Below are positions 49,186-61,297 of a stretch of 64,000 nt of DNA, in pieces. Under the pieces are notes generated by a model that worked only from the letters and a program-made list of their open reading frames with translations, made no database searches and had not been told where the DNA came from. The first letter of the stretch is position 1, and every line of letters starts with the position of its first letter. Position numbers and translations under genes: made by a program. The DNA lies in assembly GCA_030141605.1 (NCBI GenBank), contig JAQGDQ010000190.1, positions 62,001 through 126,000 of the forward strand. Direction: 5' to 3'. The stretch comes from Tubiluchus corallicola (taxonomy: Eukaryota; Animalia; Priapulida).

Positions 49186-52100
49186 TCAAGGTTTAACTTT
49201 CACAAGAGGAATCTCTTTAACAGACAGACATCGATCACACACCCACTCAGCATATACTTCCGCTGTCAATAGAAAATAAGCACCTTCTGTGAGTCCTGTA
49301 CAAACTCGATGAAACCAAAAATTGCAGCCGCTTTCACAAAGGATTGCCTGGTCATTATCGTGCACTTCTTTATGGCAAATTCCACATGGATATATAGGCG
49401 GGGCATTCGGATTCTGAGGGTTGAAGATCATCGGCTGATTGGCAGGATAAACCTTGCCTATAAATTATAAGACTTTATTTATTAATAACTGATAAAAAAT
49501 CAATTGTGTTTAGCAAACTTTTAAATACGTGAGTACAACAATTACATAATTACAAGTATGCGTTAGGAGTTTTATTGGTTTCAGCTATGCTCTATTAACC
49601 ACACCAACAATAATCGAAATGCGGATAGGAGTTTAGTCGTGCCCGTGTGACACAAACATGCTGGAACCCACAATTAAAAACCTACATTCTGGACTATGCC
49701 ATGGGAGCTTGCAGGACTTCACAAACCATTTAGCTTTTATTTGTCCACCCATCATTTCTATAAAGTGGAACATTTTGGCAGCCTTGACAGACGTCTCAAT
49801 AAATGTCAACTAATCAGTTTATGAAACTATATGGTTTTAGATTAAAATTATTGAGCTTTATGAGTTTAAATATTAGAAATGATACCTGATCACTCCCATT
49901 AATATGCTACTCAATCAGTTATAAACCTAAAAAGTTTATAAAGATCTCACGTTTTGATTAAAAGATATTGTGAAACGGAGAAAGAAATGGAAAGAAAAAG
50001 AGAGGCAGGATGAGGGATAGAGAAAGGGAAATAAAAATCTATTTTGAAGTCATTAACAAAAGTACTAACAAAGAGACTGTTACTTAATAACGCACACAAA
50101 AAGGATATAAATAACTTTCTTACAAACTTAATATGCTATGATTACTTCTAATGTGCTGCAGCACGACAAATAGACAAGTTATCAATATTTTATGGGCGAC
50201 TATGGCATACTTTATGCAATTCACTCAGTGTTCCTGTAATGATGTCACAAGTAAACAGCGCACAGTCACACTCCTTAAAACAATTATCGTATCGTAAAAT
50301 CGTCCAATTAATCACTTAATTACTTCATTATTTTAAAAATTGACAGAAATATTATTTCAGGATGTGTTTCATCAACTTTTGCTGAAAACTATTGGTGAGG
50401 GTGAGCCCTTACTTTAAATATATAAAGCATGTGTAATTCATCATCATCGTACCAAATGTGCTGAGTGACTTTTAAATAAACATTTCATTAGAATAGAAGG
50501 ACATCTGCCTAAGCTTAATAAAGAAAACATGTCATATAATACTATTAGTTCGACAACAGCAGGCAAATTTCCTGATAATTAGATAAACTCTCAGACATCA
50601 AGATCATAACTGCATTGAAGTAGGGTTAAAAACTACCAAAACAAGGGAAACAATAATAATGACCTGAGATTGCTTGACCTTTTTGTGGAAGTACAGCGAC
50701 TTGAGATGTTGGCTGCATTGCACTATTGAACACTGGTCCTTGTGTAGTCCCAGGAACTAAAAAATGTCAATAGTAAAAATTACTGACTGATTATTTGTTA
50801 AATGTAAACAAAAGCTACAGCTATGCAGTTCTTGTTTGCGTCAACTGGTAAAATATCACTGACTCACCTTCCCAGCATGCACTACCGATTCACAAAAAGA
50901 AGTATTTTTAATCTTATTTACAAGATGTAGTAACTTATACTTTTGCTCAGTTAGTGAACAGCGCACCACAAATTCTCTGATTTTTTTTCAAACTGTATCT
51001 GAACTGGATTCAAATGGCTGTGACTATAACGGTCACTGTGAGAGTTTAAATTTTATACAGAGTTGCTGCCAATACAGCAGCATGTAAGTAATACAAAATT
51101 TCAAAAGAACTTTTCTAGCTCTGATTTCATTTGTGAACAAAGAAAATGTGTGCAGTTAACAGTAGAGAAACATTTATTTAACACTCAGTTTAACTTGCAT
51201 TTATAAGCTCATCAGCAATTCACTTAAATGTTCTTTCTTTTTCTTGGGGTAGATTATGAGGCTAACTTAATTTTTTAAGATACCTAATTACTTAAAGGCC
51301 TATATAACCCGAACAAACATTGAGGTTTTTTAAGGTATTACTGTGGATCACAAAGAATTTATAGTTACTTTTTGATAAAGGATAACTGACAAATTAAATA
51401 ACTTACCTTTTTGTGGCAAATTTCGAACATGTACATTGAAGTGAAGATCGCCATGTTTCATGTCTTTGGCGCGAAAACGACGTAAAGAATACAGAAAGCA
51501 TTTTTGGCTACCGATGTTCGTTTATTGTATCAGCAAACTGACCTCGTGACTGCACTCATTACGTCATTACGCGCAATGAAAAACGGCGATTCTTCAAATT
51601 TAATACTGATAACCACATACAGATAAAAAAGCAAAAGAAACAGTACAGACGAAACAGCAGAAGTTTTACAGTAAGTTTATAATGCAATAAATTGAATATT
51701 CGTAATTAGAGTAGGATTTTACATTGTAAAAGCTTATATTATAGTGAGGGTTTTAGTTTGACTTTCAATGACGTAATCACTTATTCACAACATTATTTTA
51801 GTCAGTCAGTAAAATACAAAACGAAAAACAATGTGATTCATACCTGACGTATAAACTGTATTGGTAGTAGGCTTATTGCCTTCAAAATCATCAAATGGAT
51901 TTTGAGCAACAATTGTTCCTCCCTGACCGGCTAATGGAGGTGGCCCAATCTCTGCACTGTAAGATCCTTCCGAGCCCTATAACAATAATAATGCTCGCTT
52001 AGCGTTAGGCTATTTTGAACAGAAATACTTATAAAACAGCATTTAAACTACTTCTATATCCATATCCAATGTTAAGGCTAAAGGTAGGTCCCTGGATCAC

Positions 52101-54289
52101 CTGTAATGCCCGTTCTCTAAGGCCATTTAGTGAGTGCACGGTACAAGGAATTTTAAGTGATACTTGTCGCTGATAACGCTTGTACAAATTACTCAATGCA
52201 TTTTGCAAACTGCCGTCACAAGTATTCGACAGGGTACCGTCCTCTGTCTGAACCCTCGTGTTGCATGCAACCCTGATGAGTTTTAACGGTATGTACACAT
52301 GTAAGTCATTGAGATGTAGACTCACACGATGTTCTAAAAAACTAAAAGGAAAGTCAACAATAATAAAATATGTAATTTCCATTGTTTTTCATTAGTTTAC
52401 TCATGGCACAGTGGTTGCCTAAGCTTGGAATTTGAATTTTGAACTTAAAATTTGCCAAGTTGGCATAAATCATTGTCACTGCTGTACAGTAACAGTGTAT
52501 TTCAATTTTTGCTTTTGCAAAAATGTGCAACACGCTCTCAGAATGTTAAACATCTGTATGTTTGTTGTCATAGTTGCCAAAGTGTTTCTGATAAAAGGGT
52601 AACAGTTTAGTATGTGCATTTCAAAATTATGTACAGTTGTGACATTATGGCTTGTTGTTTGCGTCAATCGTTAATTAAGTTTTTAAGCTACTACCTATTT
52701 ATCATAAACACTTTGCACTTTTATAGGCGTTAAAATGTATATTTTTATCGTATTTAAAAACGGTGTAAAATATGAAAAAATCATCCTTTTTCTTTAATGT
52801 TGTGCATGACTAGTGTCACGCTTAAAAATCAATTTTGTTTCATGTCAACTGAATACACACGCATTCCTCAAGTGCAGTACATGATTTTGGCAGACAGTAA
52901 ATTATATTTATGTTAGATCATTTTGATCACAATTTCAGTTTTGTATAATGAAACAGAAATTTTCTCTCCAAAAGTACTAAGATCACCTCAGTTATGCTAG
53001 AAGATCGGCTAATTGGTGTGACAGATGTGCGTTGTCGTTTATGCGCTGGACTATTTGGCTGTGATGTGGCTTTCTTTTCGGAAGCTAAACCAGTTTCAGG
53101 AGCTACGTCATGATCTGTGGACGCAGGTCCTGCAAAGAAACAATATAACATTTCATAATAATTTATAACAATGGTTCAAAACAATAACACCCTCTTATGT
53201 GGCTGCACATGTCTCAAAAAGGATAAAGTCCACAAAATGACATTTAATTCTAAAACAGTATTGCAACACGAGCACAATCGTTCAAGTATATAACTCCAAA
53301 ACCAAGTGCCCAAGATAATTAGTGTTATTAGTATTATAACTGGTATCGTATAGGCTTGCCGTTGGCCCAGTTTTCCTGAGACATGTCCTTCCTAGATATG
53401 TAGTACTTAGCAGGTAGTTTTCACCTCCACTGAGGAGGAAGAATAAGAAGAGTGTTATTGGTGTGAAGTCTCTAGATGATCTGAGCAGTCTAAAGCTGTT
53501 TAGATTACTGCAAATGTAGAATGACTTTTTTCACTTAAGCAAACCCAATGGACAAAAGTGAACAAGTCATTCAAAATAGTTAATCGAATAAGTTAATTGA
53601 AATAGAATTTTACTTGTTTTTACAATTTTAGAGATTACAAGGCTTTATCAGTTACTGTCAAGAAAAAAAAGACATAAACAGTTAAGTATGTGTGGGCACA
53701 CGGCAATGAAGATAATAATTCATCTAGTATCAGGGAGTTCATTACTTCTCAACCAAAATGTAGCATCATTCGAATTAGTCATAGGTTAGAATTAGATGAT
53801 TTACAGATATCTGAAATTTGTTAAAATTGATAAGAAACTTACCCAAAAAATAACAAGTTCATTTCAAATTAACACTTTACGGACAGTTCAAAAACGCAAC
53901 TGTTTTTCAGGGTACTACCCCAAATCTCTTTGAGGGAGCTGAAGCAACTCAATCCCTCGCCTCCAACCACACACACACTTATAATAAATTAATTATAGAC
54001 CTACTGTCTTTCTTTGATGAATACAAATACGGTACGCCTAATATCGTTTATATAACGAAAAAATTAAAGAAAAAGTATGCTAAAGGAACAAGAAATACAG
54101 TTTATTATACAGATTTAGGTCTTAAAATTTAAAAACTTAACACAAAATATTATTAAGCAACAAAAATCTATACTATAGTATTACCCTAGTATTACAGTAC
54201 AGTATAATATTAATGACGGAAATAGGGACAAAAATCGGGTAAAAGTTACTTGTTATGGGAGCGTGTTGATCTCTTTTCTGTCTTGGCAT
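49186..54289 (-). CDS. PYGO: Pygopus (Wnt/beta-catenin co-factor), 226 aa
   Basis: Exons 54289-54250, 53129-52987 (NLS-like SPAHKRQR), 51976-51844 (IVAQNPFDD, NHD motif), 50756-50664, 49457-49186 (PHD YPCGICHKEVHDNDQAILCESGCNFWFHRVCTGL...WVCDRC); 681 nt in frame. Exon 1 is less certain. Confidence 0.93.
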
Positions 54290-55839
54290 CAGGTCTCCGG
54301 TTCATTGTTAACTAGCATTTTCAGAATAAATCAATAAATTTAAACATTAAACTAACACAAAAATTAATATAATTAACAATAATAAGTTTGTCTCTCTACT
54401 GTATCTGTCGGTGAAATAGAATAATCGCAACGCACAGACAGTTTCAGTCAGCGTAAAGCTTCTTCTTTTTCAGTTCCTCAAACATCTATAATACACATTG
54501 AGCCTCTACCTCTAATTATTAAAGCACTCTATTTCCTTTCTGCGGCTAAAATTTCCAACTCCTGTGATGTTATCGTTAAGTTTGATGTCAGCTGTTGTAA
54601 ATCTTTATCAATTTCTCGCGGTTTGCCACTCGTAATCTGCTGGCTAATGCATTGAAACGTTTAACGATACTATGTAAGGCAAGAGATGAATTTAGGCAAC
54701 ACTCAAACTTCCGTTAAGGCAAAAACCGGACAACACAACAATGCTTGCCAATCATTAATAGAGAACAGCACCGTCCAATAAGAGTAAATTTAATCGGGTA
54801 ATTACATAATTTTTGATATCCAAATTGTATTTTGTTTGCTGGTTAAATGACCTACCCATATTAGACTTCTAATTCTGATTTTAGTGCTCCAAAGATCCTC
54901 TCTGGTTGTACTATACAATAGTTCATTGGAAATGAAATTACGACCATTTTAATTTTGGAATGTTTCTGGGTAGACATCTGTTGAGTACACCTATTTATGT
55001 TTCCTGAGTTACAGTCAAACCCCAAATTTCACTATTGTACATGGTGAAGATAGTTGCATATGCATTGAGCAGTCCCTGGTTTATTTTGATGGATTGTTTC
55101 TTGCTGGTTACAATTGCTTTATTTTAGAATAAACTACATATGTATAATTGCCTACAGTTTCCTATTTTTGATATTGTATTCTGTGTTAAGTAGTAAGAAC
55201 ATATATTTGCAACGTTTCTAGAATTGCTCTTCATCCATTGAAATGTTATACCCTTCAATGTCCATGTTGTTGACTTTGAGATATTTTCTTTTTTCCAGTA
55301 ATTCAGGACACACTTTTTAACAGTACTACTGCAGAATTTTGAAATTATACTAATACACCAAATGCCATTGGTTTATTAGGAATGGCTTATAAGAATCTAA
55401 TGCAGGATAAGTGTGATCAACCAAATGGAAAGGGAGACTTTCTATGGATGTAGTATCATAATAATGATCTGTGGGAGAAATATTTTCGTTTTGGAGTGCA
55501 TTGGATAGATACAACATGAAAATCACTTAGTTGGGGCAGTCATTTACTCGACTGTTGAATTCTTTTCTCGAAAATTAACCATTGGCTAATGTTCTATTTC
55601 ATGAAAAAAAATTCGATGATAATAATTAAAATTTTTATTATTTTTGCTACTGCTTGAGGAACAGCCTATCAAAATGCTTAAGCTATTTATTTATTAGAGG
55701 TGTTACAATTTATAGATCTTTTTTCTCGTACATGAATATTCGTATACTTTTACTGTACTCAACCTGTTTTGTTGTTTTTACGTTGTTATAATGCTGATAT
55801 AGATTTATGGTGCGAATTAGTAACCAACTGCGTTCCTCA

Positions 55840-55944
55840 AATGACGACTTTTTTCATTACCTGATGACGTCATGTCCGCATGGTTTTCCGTTTTTCGTTT
55901 TGGGACGGTAATTTATCCTTCAAAAAATTTCTACAATTTTCATA
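55840..55944 (+). promoter_or_regulatory. COX5A proximal promoter with palindromic CRE
   Basis: TGACGTCA at 55865-55872 in a CpG-enriched patch about 75 bp upstream of the ATG. Confidence 0.5.
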
Positions 55945-58900
55945 ATGTTTCGTGCCGTGACCGCAAGCTTTTGCCATCATCTCAGGACTGCAACGTCACA
56001 GAAAACACTGAAAACTACAACAAGTTTGTATAATCTTGTTTTATTTTACAAAACGTCTGTAGAATGCATATTGCTATAAATTTAAGACTGTTCTCTACAG
56101 AATGTTTGAAAACAATAATAAACTGTACAATTATCTGACAATAAAAGATGTATTATAAGTAATATTACAATGTAAAAAAAGAAACTTTAAAAAGTAGACA
56201 CGTTATTAATATTTAATCGCGAAGTGATCTCAAAATTGAGATTTTTGCTACGATCAAGGATAAGAGGTCGATGTTGAAGAATGTTCATAATTTCTTCAAG
56301 CTTTTCAGACGGAGGGATAAGAATCCTTCTTTAGAATCCTTAACAAAAGAAAAGCTAAGCCTTCTGGGAAGCTATGCTTGTCTGAATGTTCGCGTAAAAG
56401 ATTAGAAGGATTGAGTAATGAAAGTGTGATAAGCGCATTGGTTATTTAGTAAAATAAGTTTAACACTTCACTGTTACAGTATGTTCTCGCTTAACGACGT
56501 TAAGGTGTTCCAGCAAAAGGCAACGTTGAACGAAACATTGTTAAATGAAGCCAAGACTTCCACAGAAAGTAATGTGCAAGAATTGGAATACATTCCAGAG
56601 GCAAAAATCAATGCTGCTTAAATCATACAAATTAAATGTCTTATGAGTTTTACTCATGTTTCTATTGATTAATTTCTTTTTACTTGCTTAAAACCACCTG
56701 TATATCTTACTTGCTTAGCTAGCGGTTTCTCTTTCGTTGACGTTTAAATCTTGGCAGTGGTCAACAAATACTGCAACCAAATTAAAGCCATGCCTTGGGG
56801 TGACCTTGGGAATTTTATCAAGATATTTAGTTTGGTTGCTGTAACAACAGGTTGCAGGCGAAATTCCCTTCGCATAAAGTTTGCTCCCAGGTCTCGCTTG
56901 ATACAAACGTCTGGCATTTAGTGGTCACTCAGAAAGCAAAAACGTGTGTATTTGTGTAATAATTACAGTGCTTACTAGTTTTTAGAACAGAACAAGTTGA
57001 ATAATGCAATATGTAGTGTTTTAATGCATCAAATTAAGTAAAAAATTGTTAATAAAATAAAAATTGGCTTTGAGCAAAGTAAAAAATCGTTGTTGAAACG
57101 AAACATCGCCAAACGGGGAGTCGTTAAGTATACCCATTTTTTTCAGCAGTGATGTCGTTCAACGACTGAAGAAAACTAGTGCATTGTCAATTTCCATCAA
57201 AAGCACAATAAAAGTATAAGTTTTTACAAAAAATTAGATAGTTAATTTTGTTTGCATGAATATTGCAGAAATTTGGATTAATTTAAGCAACACGTGCTTA
57301 TGACAAGTCACGAAGTCCATCAGTTACATATTTTAATAAGTATAAAAATTAAATTTTATACTTATTCCAAAAATTATAAGTATAGCAAGTAAATATAATT
57401 GATGAATACCAGTAAGAATTGATGATTTGTAAGAATCCACAATGACACCTCACAGTAGTTACCTTTCTGTTAACAATCACTGATACATTAATTTTATTAA
57501 TGAGTTGACTTAAGATTTACATTATGTCTGCATCATCCGGGATAACGCTGTCGTGTAGCCCACATGTAATTAGCCATTGTAAATGTATAATTGTTTTTGT
57601 GGCGTCTCCTTTCTTTCAACTCATTGCCTGCAATAATTGTAGTGAAATAAACCTCATTGGGTTTTATGAACATTCTGGTATTCACAGTCATGATTAATTA
57701 ACGATATTGCTAAGTGCCAGCTAATTTGAAAAACACTGTGTCGTGATTAGTTTATAAGTCGGCGTCTGAAATTAATACTTGCAATTACACCATAAATGTA
57801 ATACAGTCAACCTTGGGTATAAGGTACTCGCTTATAAGAGACCACCAACACTGGTCCAGATTTTTCGTAACGTTTTTCCTATGTAAAAATCTTCATATGT
57901 AAGGTACTCGGACATAAGGGACTTTCGGTTATAAAGGACGATATCTTCAGGTCCCGCGCAATAGAAATCTAGGCAAATTACCTCATACATAAGGGACCCT
58001 ATAATCAAAGCGAAACTGATCGATTTTTAACCTCAATTTTTCACAAACTCGGCCTTCGGACAGCTCGGTTTCTGCGGTCACGTACATCTCGCATCACTGA
58101 AGGGTCTTCTTACATATCGTTTGCACTGAATGTGTAGCAGTAATCCATTAAAATATGGGTAAAAGTACCAAAAAGTACAGGTCTAGATACACCCTCGGTC
58201 TGACTCAACTTCGGCTAAAAGGAACATCGGATATAAGGGACGATTTTTTCCGGTCCCGAGGTGTCCCTTATATCCGAGGTTGACTGTAATAGATTAGTGT
58301 GTATATCATCATTCAGAGTTTTCCCATTTTTTTTGTTCAATTTTGCTTGTCCAGTAGGAACATTAACTGACAAGTGAATTTTATTTTAGTTTGTGTCACA
58401 CGAAACTTGGCACACGCCAAGCAAGAATCGGATGAGGAGTTTGATAGACGTTATGAAGCATATTTCAGCAGAGCCGATATAGATGGCTGGGAGATAAGAA
58501 AAGTAATCTCATAAATAGATATCATTAATAATTCTATCAGACATCGATTGCGCTTTGAAAAACTAAAAATAGCAACCAACAACAAAAACACCAAAACATC
58601 TCTTTGTTTTGACATGCCAGACGACCAACTCATTGGCTATTAGAAAAATATAAACAAAAATTATATATACTTTTCGTAAAAGCATAAACCATTATCAGAT
58701 TTACCAGACTGAATTAAAGTTTGTTTGACAGAGGTCTTTTGTTTTACTGATAAAAAATGGAATTAAAAACATTTCAAACGGAAAGCTGTGATTTTTTTTA
58801 TATTTCAAGAACCGATTTTTGTTCCCTAATGGTTATATTTATAGTAATGATATTTAAAATGAGATGATTAAGCAGATTAGGTACAATTTTGGCCTACTAC

Positions 58901-60455
58901 ATGATGGCAATAAATAGCCTATGTCTTCCTAAAACAAAATTATTTACAAGCACTATAAAAATAAAGTACAACCTGTGAAGCAAAAATGTTAAAAAAATTA
59001 GTTTGAAATGACAAGTATTATTATTATATCATATTAAAGTGTATTTGAAATAACAAGCCAAAAATTAGTGAAAAATGTTTTATTCTAAACCATGTCAAAT
59101 ACCTGATCAGTATGCTTTTCAATGTATGTGTATCCTAAATGGAGCAAACACATTCTATAGATGCTTTTGTTATTAGGCAATCAACGATCTGGCTGGGCAC
59201 GATTTGGTCCCTGAACCCAAAATTATTGTTGCTGGACTGCAAGCTTGCAGAAGAATTAATGACTATGCATTAGCCGTTCGATTCCTAGAGAGCGTAAAGG
59301 TATGTTCAAATTATTGAATCAGAGTGCTACTGCCATATAAGGCATATGGCTAGAACTCAGAAAACTGATGTGACTAAAATGTTTCAAACTGCCAAATGCA
59401 TTGCATATTTGTTCTGTAATACGTCTTACTTTGTGTCTACAGTTCATCAAGGAATGGCTATAGGATCTACTCCCTAACTTTGGTTTCTTAAAAGTTGATG
59501 ACAAACCCTATATGTGCTTACTACAAATTCTGCTGGACAACTCTCAAAGAAAATGCAGCTTTTTCCTTGCTAACGCAATATGTATTGTCTGCTGTAAATA
59601 CGGGAGCTTCTTTCTGACCAGACTTGAGTTTACTTGCTTGGTCTTAATTTTGTGTTCCCATCTTAGATGGAAGAAATATCTCAAGACACATTTAGTAAAG
59701 CGGAATGGCCGTACTGTATGCGAAAATATCTTACTCCTTGTGCTATCCAACCTGCAAAGAGTATTGCAGCTGGGTTACCTTAACCCAATAGACAGTCACT
59801 GAAATATTATAGTGTTAATTCTGTTTAACCCTATAGTCCTTTACAAGTCCAATTTCTTTTTGGGGCCTCCTAATAGAATGTGTTATCGGAAAATGGTTTC
59901 AACTTAAGTGCTTCTAGAAGAGTTAAAAACCTTTTGCTATTAAATTAGGGTATGCATGCCATTTTTCTGAACCAGTATTCATATTTCCACTTTTCAAAAG
60001 TAGCCACTGGTCTTGAACGGGTGTTTCTATAAAAAGATGGACAAAGTGGCATATAAGCATAGTCAAACTAAAAGCGGTTGCTTTGGAACTTCACGATTCT
60101 GTATTTTCCTGATAAAAATGATCCATCATTTAACATCGTGTCTGGAATTTAATGTCAGTCAGTGTGCTTCGAAGGAAATTAAGACTCCAACTTACAATTT
60201 TGCAAGAAATCTCTTTGATGCCTTTCGTTCAGACTCATTTATGTTTGGTTCGGGAACGTAAACTTTGAAATTGGGTCTTACAAATCTATGGTTTTGTTTC
60301 AGCTTAAGTGTGGCAATAAAGTCAATGAGATCTACCCGTGGATTTTGCAAGAAATCAGACCAACGTTAGATAACCTTGGGATCAACACACCAGAAGAAAT
60401 GGGATATGACAAACCTGAACTTTGGTTAGACAATGTAGATGACATGCACGGTTAG
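55945..60455 (+). CDS. COX5A: Cytochrome c oxidase subunit 5A, mitochondrial precursor, 155 aa
   Basis: Exons 55945-56023 (targeting peptide [26 protein letters not shown]), 58390-58502 ([26 protein letters not shown]), 59177-59299 ([30 protein letters not shown]), 60303-60455 ([31 protein letters not shown]...TAG); 468 nt in frame. Missed by the ORF track. Confidence 0.96.
56477..57170. mobile_element. Degenerate pogo/Tigger-type MITE
   Basis: TA|CAGTATGTTCTCGCTTAACGAC left end; inverted GTCGTTAAG near 57120; right end eroded. Confidence 0.45.
57804..58286. mobile_element. pogo/Tigger-type MITE (483 bp)
   Basis: TA|CAGTCAACCTTGGGTATAAGG...CCTTATATCCGAGGTTGACTG|TA; repeated ATAAGGGAC subterminal motifs. 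Confidence 0.9.
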
Positions 60456-61297
60456 GTAAGAATGTCTGCAGCTGTGGACTAATTAACTTCAAAATTTATA
60501 AAAACATTTTTCTCGATTGGTATTTTCCTAATTTGTGCCACTTCAGACTAATGCTTTATGTGGTAGAAAAGTTAACTTAGTTCCTGATTTGTCCTTTTTT
60601 TCTTTTAGGTCGTTATAGCAAGGCAGTGTACCAGAATTGATGCACTTTAATCCTTTTTGTGATAATGTTCAAATAAGAAAACTATGTTATGCTTTGTGCA
60701 ATATGCACCAAAATCATTAACCGGTCACTTCTAGTTGTACCTCAAATGGCTTTTTGCTGTTGGAATATAGTAGCAACTGTTTTCATAATGTTTAACCAAT
60801 TAGCAATGGTGTTATGAATAAGTTGTGTAATCAGTTATGTAACATGATACCGAAAGAGCTAACACTTGAAAGAATGCAGAAAAATAAATGTATTGAGAAC
60901 AAAATCATAGTATGTTTTTTTTCTGTAAACTAGTTGCAGAATAAAACTAGTAATATGTTATAAAGTGGCTCAACAGTTTAATCTAGATATTTATTACTTT
61001 TTCATTATGCAACAGTAATAGGAAATGGTTATCAACTCTAGTGCAACGACATCAAGACTAGAATGTCATAGCAAGTAAAACTAACTTGCTGTATAACAAC
61101 TGAAATAACTTGTCACAGTTTGACAAGGTAAATCATAAAAAATACATCTGCCATTTTAAGCACGTCTCATATCTTACAGGATACATCAATTGGTCATTAA
61201 CTCTGACATAAATTGACAACGATGTACAGTAAAATTCTTGTAGACTCGTGTATTTGGCAGGCCACTTGACCGGTGGCATTTAAATTTTGATTACATA

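Noticed and set aside
52029-52382. 117-aa ORF in Pygopus intron 2
   Set aside because: No recognisable domain or compatible splice sites; probably repeat-derived.
54530-54660. Coiled-coil-looking minus-strand frame (QQITSGKPREIDKDLQQLTSNL...) upstream of Pygopus
   Set aside because: Bounded by stops, no ATG, and no convincing splice sites.
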